A DNA stretch of 64,000 nt from Anaeramoeba ignava BMAN (taxonomy: Eukaryota > Protista > Anaeramoebae). The position numbers and the translations under genes are program-made. Positions 13,401 to 22,528 of this stretch are shown piece after piece (the first letter of the stretch is position 1; each line of letters starts with the position of its first letter). The notes beneath the pieces were generated by a model. The model was not told where the DNA came from. It worked only from the letters and a program-made list of their open reading frames with translations, and did not search any database. Location of the stretch: contig JAPDFW010000117.1 of NCBI GenBank assembly GCA_028826165.1, positions 62,001 through 126,000 of the forward strand, given 5' to 3'.

Positions 13401-14555
13401 CATAATCTTTTATATCACTTGGTTCTAAATACTCTTTTATTGCTTTTAATAAATCTCCTGATTGGGTTTGGATAGGCAATATTTGGAAATCGGAAGATTT
13501 AACTTTTCTGATTTTCTTTTTGATTTCAATTGCTTTTGCATTTATTTCTTCTTTCAATTTTCCAGTAAATAATTTATTAATAATTGTTCTTTTTTCTTCA
13601 ACTTCATCAATTTTTGTTATTATTGATTTGATTTTTTCCCAGAAAATTATTGTGAATTCAACAAAGTCTTGTTGTTCTAATTCTTGAATTGGTATTTTAA
13701 GGAATTTTTCAACAAAATTAGTTGTTGAAATTTTTCTTCTTTGTGACATGAGCATTCTAGCAAAAACATTTTGGAGTTCTTCAATTGCTTTTTAAATTAA
13801 ATTTTATAAATGAATTTTATAAATGAATTTTAATTTTAATTTTAATTTTAATTTAATTTTATAAATGAATTTTAATTTTAATTTTAATTTTATAAATGAA
13901 TTTTAATTTTAATTTAATTTTAATTTTAATTTTAATTTTATAAATGAATTTTAATTTTAATTTAATTTTAATTTTAATTTTAATTTTAATTTTAAATTTA
14001 ATTTTGTAAATGAATTTTAATTTTAATTTTAATTATAATTTTATAAATGAATTTTAATTTAATTTTATTTTTAATTTTAATTTTAATTTTAATTTTATAA
14101 ATGAATTTTAATTTTATAAATGAATTTTAATTTTAATTTAATTTTAATTTAATTTTAATTTTAATTTTAATTTTAAATTTAATTTTATAAATGAATTTTA
14201 ATTTATTTTAATTTAATTTTAATTTAATTTTAATTTTAATTTTATAAATGAATTTTAATTTTATAAATGAATTTTAATTTAATTTTATAAATGAATTTTA
14301 ATTTAATTTTAATTTTATAAATGAATTTTAATTTTAATTTTCAAATTAACTTGTTTTTTCATTATGTTCATCTTGTGGTTCTAATGAAAATATTTTATTA
14401 ACAAATCCTGCAATATGAAAATGAAGTTGCAAAATAACATTCACAAAACATGTTGAACCTGAATTAGAAAGACCAACTGGAAATGATGGTTTTCTTATTT
14501 CTTCAAATGGATTATCTGGAATATTTGAAATTTGACTAAAATCTTCTGAACTCAT
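10411..14555 (-). CDS. Ubiquitin-specific protease (C19), USP25/28-like; exons 14555-14351, 13787-12178, 10911-10411
   Basis: Cys box VGLSNSGSTCFVN, EQQDFVEF, His box AVVIHEGYEINEGHYYLYI, WIQFNDSRV. Exons join in frame at GT-AG sites. Confidence 0.88.
10920..12170. repeat. 12 bp satellite (AAATAAATTTTT / AAATCAATTTTT) in a USP intron
   Basis: Directly visible tandem units. Confidence 0.9.
13795..14345. repeat. TTTTAA / ATAAATGAA compound satellite in USP intron 1
   Basis: Directly visible tandem units. Confidence 0.85.
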
Positions 14556-14697
14556 TTTATTTTATAAAAAAAGGAAAAAAAAATAAAAAAAAGGAAAAAA
14601 AATGAAAAAAAAAAAAACGGAAAAAAAATTTTGATTAAAAAAAAAAATATTTAATTAAAAAAGTGGATTTTGATTAATTTTGATTTTAATTTTAAAT

Positions 14698-16386
14698 TCA
14701 TTTAAAACTTTCATTAAATTTTTTCAATTTTGGTTTTTCTTTTCTTAAATCTTTTAAATTTTTAACAGGTTGTGAAATAGATCTTGTAATTTGAGGATTA
14801 AAAGAATTTTGAGAATAAAAATCTCTAATATTTTCATAAGAAATAGAATGAAGTCGTTGTAAATTTTGGATTGAAATTCTTCTCAATTTTGAAAAGTGTT
14901 TCATTTCTGTTCGAAATTTTTTTTGTTTCATTTGAACATAATTTTTTGGTTCACAAAATTCAATATTTTCTTTTGAATAAGTAAAAAATTTAGAATAACC
15001 TCCTCCAAGAACATAAGCTTGAGGATAAAATAGTTTTGGATAATCATTACATTTTCTATCAATTCTTCTGAATAAATTGTAAGTTTCTACTGCTCGATTA
15101 ATTGAAAATTCACAATGAAAAATTATGCATGAATTTTCATAAATTTTTTCACAAAATAAATTTTGAAATAATTTTTCTGCTAAAAACCAATTTACTGCTG
15201 TCATAATGTGTCCTCCTTCATATTCATATGGAAATCTGCAATCAATAATAAAAATAAAATCAAATAAATTTGAATATTTGCCTGTCAATAAGTCGATCAT
15301 CTTTTTTTTTTATTTATTTAAATTAATTAATTAATTAATATTTATTCCACTTTTTTATTTTATTCAAATTAATTAATATTTATTCCACTTTTTTATTTTA
15401 TTTTATTTATTCAAATTAATTAATATTTATTCCACTTTTTTGTTTTATTTATTTATTTAAATTAATTAATATTTATTCCACTTTTTGTTTTATTTAAATA
15501 AATTAATATTTATTCCATTTTTTTTATTTTATTTTATTTATTTAAATTAATTAATATTTATTCCATTTTTTATTTTATTCAAATTAATTAATTAATATTT
15601 ATTTATTTATTTATTTTATTTAAATTAATTAATATTTATTCCATTATTTTATTTTATTTATTTAAATTAATTAATATTTATTCCACTTTTTTTATTTTAT
15701 TTATTTTAAATTAATTAATATTTATTCCATTTTTTTATTTTATTTATTTATTTAAATTAATTAATATTTATTCCACTTTTTTGTTTTTTATTTATTTATT
15801 TAAATTAATTAATATTTATTCCACTTTTTTTATTTTATTTATTCAAATTAATTAATATTTATTCCATTTTTTTATTTTATTTATTTATTTAAATTAATTA
15901 ATATTTATTCCACTTTTTTATTTTATTTTATTTTATTTTATTTATTTATTTAAATTAATTAATATTTATTCCACTTTTTTATTTTATTCAAATTAATTAA
16001 TATTTATTCCACTTTTTTTTTGTTTTGTTTGTTTTTGTTTTGTTTGTTTTATTTATTTATTCAAATCAAAATTTATATACAGTTTCTATTGAAATTGTAG
16101 GTATTTCTGGTGGATTATCATTTGATAAAGGAAGTAATAATTCTTGATTGGTTGAATAACTCCATGCTTTTAAACAAAAATCATCTTCTGGAATTGATTC
16201 TAAATTTGTTTCATTTTCTTTTCCTTTATAAAAATTAAACATCATTTCATTAAGAAATTTTCCTCCAATTTCTTTTGGATTTTCAAGTATGTTTAAACAA
16301 ATTGAATCTTTGTTTTTGATCCTTCTTTCTTCTTCTTTATTTTCTTTAAATAATTCTTTATTACTTTTTATTTGTGTTTTTATCAT
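14698..16386 (-). CDS. CDC25: Cdc25-like M-phase inducer phosphatase (rhodanese fold); exons 16386-16081, 15300-14698
   Basis: IIDCRFPYEYEGGHI, catalytic FHCEFSINRA (HCX5R), YPKLFYPQAYVLGGGYSKFF, FCEPKNYVQM. Confidence 0.92.
15305..16065. repeat. ~40-45 bp minisatellite (TTTAAATTAATTAATATTTATTCCACTTTTT...) in the Cdc25 intron
   Basis: Many copies of aattaattaatatttattcca with variable T-rich linkers. Confidence 0.85.
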
Positions 16387-16557
16387 AATTTTTTTTTAAA
16401 TTATTTAAAAAAAAAATGAATTTTGTTTTGGTTTGTTTTTTTCTATTCAAAATTTTGATCAAAATGATCTTATCTTTATTTAAAAAAAAAATTAAAACAA
16501 AAAAATCCTTTTTTTTAAAATTTTAATTTTTTCATTTTTTCTTCTTTTCATTTTTTA

Positions 16558-19500
16558 ATGTCATTATTTGATCTTATTCTTTCAAATTCTTTAAAAAAAA
16601 TTAAAGAAAAAATTAATTCAAATAATATTAACGAAAAAGATGTTAAAAATTATTAATTCTTTTCTTATATTTTAAATTAATAATAATTATTATTTTTTAA
16701 AAATAAAAAGTCTGTAAAAATTAATAAGAAAAATAAAAAGAATGAAAATTATATTGAAAATTAATTATTTAAAAAATTTTTTAAATTAAAAGATTGTAAG
16801 AAGTTTTCTATTATCATTTCAATCAAATTTTATATTCAAATTTTTTTATAAATTAATAAATTAGCAAAATTCTCTTTTACATTATTCAACTTTTGAAAAT
16901 ATTTCTGTTGAAATAATTGATTATCTTTTATCTTTAGGCGCAGATATAAATGCAATAAATGTTTTCATTTTATTTTATTATTCTTTTTTCTTTTCAAAAT
17001 TGCAATTAAAAATAGAATTTAATTTAGAAAGTAAAAATTAAAATTAAAAATTAAAAATTAAAAATTAAAAATTAAAATTAAAATTTAAAAAAAAAAGCTT
17101 GTAAATTTTTATTACATTTCCTTTTGCATTCATTCACTCATATTTAAATAATAATCTAAAAGGAAGAAACTCCAATTTGTACTGCTTGTAGAAAAGGGAA
17201 TGTAGATGCAATTAATTTTTTACTTTCAAAATCTCCTCAAGTCTCAATAACAAATGTTAATCTCCTTTCTTTTAAATTTATTACTTTATATCATTTTATC
17301 TCATTAAAATTTTATTATTTTATTAGAAAGTAAATATTTCTCTTTCTTTCCTTTGATTTATTATTTTATTTTATTTTATTTTATTTTAGATGGTAAAGTT
17401 CTTTTTTTCAAATAAACAAAATTCTTTTGAATTATTTTTTTAACAACAAAATATTTGTTAATATTTTTCTAAATAGAAAGTATCTCCATTACATTATGCT
17501 TGTAGAAATGATTTAGGTTTTGAAATAATTGAAAAATTAATGAAAGCTGGTGGAAAAATTAATGAACCAGATGTAAATATAAAATTAATTTTAATTTTTA
17601 TTTTATTTCTATTATTAAATAAAACAAAATTAAAGGATGTAAATTTATATTTCTTCTCAAAAAAAAAAATTTATTCTTGAATTTAATTTAAAAAGGAAGT
17701 AATTTTTCAAATCCAAATTGAAATTGGAATATTTTTTTTTAAAAAAATTTCTAATAATTTCTAATAATTTAGGGAATTTATCCTTATGAATATTCAATTA
17801 GGAAAGGAAATTATGAAGTTGTGAAATATTGTGTTGATAATTTTCCAATAATTTTTGAACAAGTATTATTTATTATAATTCCAAAAAAAAAAAAAAAAGC
17901 AATCAAACAATTTTTCATTCTTTTCTTTTATATTATTCATTTTATAGATGAAAAATAAATTTAATCAATATCAATTTACAACAACAGAACCGAAAATTAC
18001 AAAATTATTACTTAATAGGGTTGATAATATTTCTGTTAGTAAAAAATTTAATTTTAATCTTAATCTCATAAAACAAATATTTACATACATAAACAGAATA
18101 AATTTCTTCATTTTTTAGTGAAAACAAATCAAGCTGATGAAGAAATAATTGATTTTTTCCTTTCTAGAGGATATGATATAAATTCAAAAGATGTATTTAT
18201 TATTGTTATTTAAAACCTTTTTTTTTTCTAAAATTAACTCTATTAGGAAGTAATTTAATTTATTATTTAATCAAGAAAATTAAATTAATAAAAATTCTAT
18301 TTAGTCAGTAAATTCTACTTTAATTTTTTTATTTTTATTTTTATTTCTATTTCTATTTTTTAGGGAAATAGTCTTTTACATTATACTTTTACTCAAAATG
18401 CAAGTATTTTGAAATATTTATTATCAAAAGGAGCAGAAATAAATATTTTAGATGTTAGATTTCCTTTTTTCATTAAATATTATTCAAAATTTAAATCTTG
18501 TCTTCTTCTTCTTCTTCTTCTTCTTCTTCTTCTTCTTCTTCTTCTTCTTCTTCTTCTTCTTCTTCTTCTTCTTCTTCTTCTTCTTCTTCTTCTTCTTCTT
18601 CTTCTTCTTCTTCTTCTTCTTCTTCTTCTTCTTCTTCTTCTTCTTCTTCTTCTTCTTCTTCTTCTTCTTCTTCTTCTTCTTCTTCTTCTTTTTTTTTTAT
18701 TTAATAGTCTGTTAGTTTTAAAAAGAAATTGAAATTGTTTTAAAATGAAAAAAAGTTTTGCGAAATTAAAATGATTTTGAAAAATAAAAGGAAGTAAAAG
18801 AAAATATAAATATAATTATAATAAAAATCAAAAAGTTGATCATGATAGTTTTTATATAAATTTAATAGAATAAAACACCTTTTTGGAAAAGTTGGTATTA
18901 TGGATTTGAAGAAGTTAGATATTTTTATCTTGAAAATGGAGCTGATCCAAATTTTTATCCAGTATAAAGATATTTAGAATTTAAATTTTAATTTAATTTT
19001 AATTTTAATTTTAATTTTTTATATTTTATCAATTTAGTCAGTAATTCTTTTTTTAGTTTTGATCAAAAAATAAAAAATTCAAATTTAAATTTTTAAAACA
19101 ATCTTTTTTTTTCTTTTAATAATTTTTTTATAGAGGTTCAATTTAGGATATTGGCCTTTAGAAAACAGACATGAAATTTTAAAGAAATTTATTGAATACG
19201 GAATGTCTTTGGAAAGAATTGTTTGATTTTATATTAATATAATAATAATAATAATATTTTTATTTAGTTTGTGATTTATCTTTCTTTATTTTAAAAAAAA
19301 AAACAAGAAACAATTTTCTTATGATGGAATAAAACCAGAAGAGCTTAAATTTTTATCCAAATATGAAAATGAATATAATTATTTTTTAGATGATTTTAAT
19401 CAATTATTTATTCGAGGAGAGTTTACAGATTTGACTTTTCATTGTTTGGATGGAGATATTGAAGTTCATAAATTAATTTTACTTCTTCGTTTAACTGAGA

Positions 19501-20957
19501 AAATTCAAATTCAAAATGAAAATGAAAATGAAAATGAAAATGAAAATAAAAATGAAAATCAAAATAAAAATCAAAATCAAAATGAAATTAAAAATCAAAA
19601 TCAAAATCAAAATCAAAATAAAAATCAAAATCAAAATCAAAATCAAAATCAAAATAAAAATGAAAATCAAAATGAAAATGAAAATGAAAATCAAAATCAA
19701 AATCAAAATCAAAATAAAAATGAAAATCAAAATGAAAATGAAATTAAAAATCAAAATCAAAATCAAAATCAAAATCAAAATCAAAATCAAAATAAAAATC
19801 AAAATCAAAATCAAAATCAAAATCAAAATCAAAATCAAAATCAAAATCAAAATAAAAATCAAAATCAAAATCAAAATGAAAATCAAAATCAAAATGAAAA
19901 TCAAAATCAAAATCAAAATCAAAATCAAAATGAAAATCAAAATCAAATTGAAAATGAATTTAAAAATCAAAATCAAAATCAAAATCAAAATCAAAATCAA
20001 AATCAAAATCAAAATCAAAATCAAAATCAAAATCAAAATCAAAATCAAAATCAAAATCAAAATCAAAATCAAAATGAAAATGAAAATGAAAATGAAAATC
20101 AAAATCAAAATAAAAATCAAAATCAAAATCAAAATAAAAATGAAAATGAAAATGAAAATGAAAATCAAAATCAAAATCAAAATCAAAATGAAAATCAAAA
20201 TCAAAATCAAAATAAAAATCAAAATCAAAATCAAAATCAAAATCAAAATGAAAATGAAAATCAAAATCAAAATCAAAATCAAAATAAAAATCAAAATCAA
20301 AATGAAAATGAAAATGAAAATGAAAATGAATTTGAAAAACAAATGGAAAAAGCTGAAATTATTTTACAAAATCTTCAAAATTATGCAAAAACCAAAAATA
20401 AGAAAAAAATTTTAATATTTATTCAATTTCTTTATTCAACAAAAATTGATAATAATGAATATGAAAAAAATATAAATAAAATTCGAAAAATAAGTGAAGA
20501 AATTGGACTTTCAAGACAATGGTATCATGAAAAAAAAGGAAAACAAGGATTACTTAAAGATATGAAAAAATTATTTGAAAATGATTTATCAAAAGATTTT
20601 ATAATTATTGTTCAAGAAAAAGAAATTCATGTTCATAAATTAATTCTTGTTGCAAGAAGTGATTTATATAGAGGAATGTTTTTAAGTGTTAAAGATGATT
20701 CTAATAAAGTTCATGATTATAGTTCAAAATCTTTTAATTCAATTCTTTCTTTAATAAAATTTTTATATTTAGATCAAATTGATAATGATTTGGATGAGGA
20801 AATTAAAAAAGAACTTTGTGATTGTGTTGATTATTTTCAATTAAATGAATTTTCAAAAGAAAAATTTATATTTAAAACAAAAAGGAATTGGAAACAAAGA
20901 TTAAAAGCAAAATTTTCAAGAAAAAAGAAAAAATCAAAAAAAATGGAATGGAATTAA
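16558..20957 (+). CDS. Ankyrin-repeat + tandem BTB protein, ~24-25 exons. Major exons 16558-16641, 16865-16960, 17163-17255, 17477-17572, 17773-17862, 17948-18034, 18097-18192, 18364-18453, 18869-18961, 19134-19220, 19308-20957, plus 13-14 three-nt microexons
   Basis: Each internal major exon is 87-96 nt, phase 0, and encodes one ankyrin(-like) repeat (QNSLLHY..LLSLGADINAIN; EETPICTAC..; KVSPLHYAC..AGGKINEPD; GNSLLHY..LLSKGAEINILD; NKTPFW..ENGADPN). The last exon has BTB motifs (FTDLTF..IEVHKLILLLR; KDFIIIV..IHVHKLILVARSDLYRGMF) and is in frame with ORF 19431-20957. Confidence 0.88.
16711..16795 (+). other. Microexon pair 1: TCT (16711-16713, Ser) and ATT (16793-16795, Ile)
   Basis: aaaag|TCT|gtaaaa and aaaag|ATT|gtaaga; introns of 69, 79 and 69 nt; yields EKD-S-I-QNSLLH. 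Confidence 0.85.
17028..17100 (+). other. Microexon pair 2: AAA (17028-17030, Lys) and CTT (17098-17100, Leu)
   Basis: tttag|AAA|gtaaaa and aaaag|CTT|gtaaat; introns of 67, 67 and 62 nt; yields AIN-K-L-EETPIC. Confidence 0.85.
17327..17392 (+). other. Microexon pair 3: AAA (17327-17329, Lys) and ATG (17390-17392, Met)
   Basis: attag|AAA|gtaaat and tttag|ATG|gtaaag; introns of 71, 60 and 84 nt; yields ITN-K-M-KVSPLH. Confidence 0.85.
17636..17698 (+). other. Microexon pair 4: GAT (17636-17638, Asp) and GAA (17696-17698, Glu)
   Basis: taaag|GAT|gtaaat and aaaag|GAA|gtaatt; introns of 63, 57 and 74 nt; yields EPD-D-E-GIYPYE. Confidence 0.85.
18247..18307 (+). other. Microexon pair 5: GAA (18247-18249, Glu) and TCA (18305-18307, Ser)
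   Basis: attag|GAA|gtaatt and tttag|TCA|gtaaat; introns of 54, 55 and 56 nt; yields SKD-E-S-GNSLLH. Confidence 0.87.
18501..18690. repeat. (CTT)n microsatellite, ~63 units, intronic
   Basis: Perfect ctt array inside intron 18454-18707. Confidence 0.95.
18708..18793 (+). other. Microexon pair 6: TCT (18708-18710, Ser) and GAA (18791-18793, Glu)
   Basis: aatag|TCT|gttagt and aaaag|GAA|gtaaaa; introns of 254, 80 and 75 nt; yields ILD-S-E-NKTPFW. Confidence 0.83.
19038..19040 (+). other. Single microexon TCA (Ser)
   Basis: tttag|TCA|gtaatt; flanking introns of 76 and 93 nt. Confidence 0.75.
19268..19270 (+). other. Possible single microexon TTT (Phe)
   Basis: tttag|TTT|gtgatt; flanking introns would be only 47 and 37 nt, so a single 87-nt intron is equally plausible. 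Confidence 0.4.
19510..20330 (+). repeat. Coding (AAAATC/AAAATG)n hexamer array giving a ~270-aa NQ/NE tract inside the first BTB-like domain
   Basis: In-frame in ORF 19431-20957; no flanking GT/AG pair suggesting an intron. Confidence 0.85.
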
Positions 20958-21028
20958 ATGGAATTATTTTGAAATTTTATTATTTTGATAACCCAAAAAA
21001 GAAAAAAGAAAAAAGAAAAAAGAATTTC

Positions 21029-22436
21029 TTAATCAAATTTTTTTTCATTTTTTACTTCTCTTTGATTTCTTACTTCTCCTTCATTTCTGAATCTTCTTCC
21101 ACTAATATTGATTATTCTGAGTATATTTCTTAAAAAAAAACCAATTCCAACAATAAGAGAAAAATAAGAATAATTCAAACTAAATGTTTCAGTCAAATAA
21201 ATTTTTAAATATTCTTTTTCTTGAAATTTTAAAAATGCCATTATATAAAATCCCAAACAAATGAAGTTGTAAATTGCAGACATAAATGTTTGAGTGGAAG
21301 TTCTTTTTAAATTAAATATTAAATCAAATATTAAATATTAAATATCAAATATTAAATATTAAATATTAAATATTAAATAATAAATATTAAATATTAAATT
21401 AAATATTAAATAATTAATATTAAATATTAAATATTAAATATCAAATATTAAATATTAAATAATAAATATTAAATATTAAATCAAATATTAAATAATAAAT
21501 ATTAAATATTAAATATTAAATAATAAATAATAAATATTAAATATTAAATATTAAATATTAAATAATAAATATTAAATAATAAATATTAAATATTAAATAT
21601 TAAATATTAAATATTAAATATTAAATATTAAATATTAAATATTAAATATTAAATATTAAATATTAAATATTAAATATTAAATATTAAATATTAAATATTA
21701 AATATTAAATATTAAATATTAAATATTAAATATTAAATATTAAATATTAAATATTAAATATTAAATATTAAATATTAAATATTAAATATTAAATATCAAA
21801 TATTAAATATTAAATATTAAATTAAATATTAAATCAAATATCAAATATTAAATTAAATATTAAATATTAAATCAAATATTAAATATTTACAAAAGTCTGA
21901 ATAAAGGAGAACTTGTCATTCTAAATGGGATTAAAATATTCACAAAACAACCTATAAGTTGAATTAAAATGAAAGTAATAATTAAAAGAAAGAATAAATC
22001 TGGAACATTTTCTTTCAAAGGAAAAATAACACCAAAAATCATGAAAAAATAAGGAAAATTTGATAAAAATATATTGAAAAAAGAGAAAGAAGAAAATCTT
22101 TGAGTAATTAACTTCAAAATATTTAAAAAAATTGATAATAATCTGAGAATAATTAAAAAGAATTTTAAAGAATCAAAACATTGAAAAGCAGTTAAACCAA
22201 TTAAAGCTTGATAAATTGTTTTAATCAAAACAAAAAACCTAAATTTTAAATAAAAAAAATTAATTTTTTCTTAAATTTTTTTTTTTGTTTACCATCCAAT
22301 AAAAAGTAACAAATAAATTGGTAAAATTATCCCAGAAAAATGAAAGTCTAAAAATCTATATTTAATTTTTAAAAGGAAATTTATTTAAAATTTTGATTTA
22401 AGAAAAGAAAAACAAAAATTACTTAATTTGGAACAT
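21029..22436 (-). CDS. Multi-pass ER membrane protein, divergent HACD/PTPLA/Phs1-like; exons ~22436-22423, 22355-22293, 22238-21891, 21302-21029
   Basis: Four exons splice in frame to ~230 aa with about 6 hydrophobic segments. IYLLLFIGW..LKFF..FSLNYSYFSLIV and the C-terminal KKFD (KKxx) resemble HACD proteins, judged from memory. Confidence 0.6.
21305..21885. repeat. (AAATATT)n heptamer satellite in an intron
   Basis: Near-perfect tandem array. Confidence 0.92.
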
Positions 22437-22528
22437 AAATTGAAAAAAATTTTAAAAAAAGGAAAAAAATGATTTTATTTTTTTTCATTTTTTTCATTTT
22501 TTTTATTATTTTTATTATTTAAATTTAA

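Noticed and set aside
15305-16065. Constant repeat with variable linkers resembling a CRISPR array
   Set aside because: Linkers are only T/A slippage variants, the array lies in a spliceosomal intron, and no cas genes are present.
17475-17481. AG-AAA-GT at the start of ankyrin exon 17477 as a third microexon
   Set aside because: AAA GTA TCT CCA TTA CAT reads K-V-S-P-L-H as part of a full 96-nt repeat exon.
19491-20415. Poly-IL (-) and poly-KI/KM (+) ORFs; likewise 18409-18732 poly-L/F/S, 36305-36575, 59246-59723, 59985-60227 and 62648-62863
   Set aside because: Alternative frames of microsatellites with no coding complexity.
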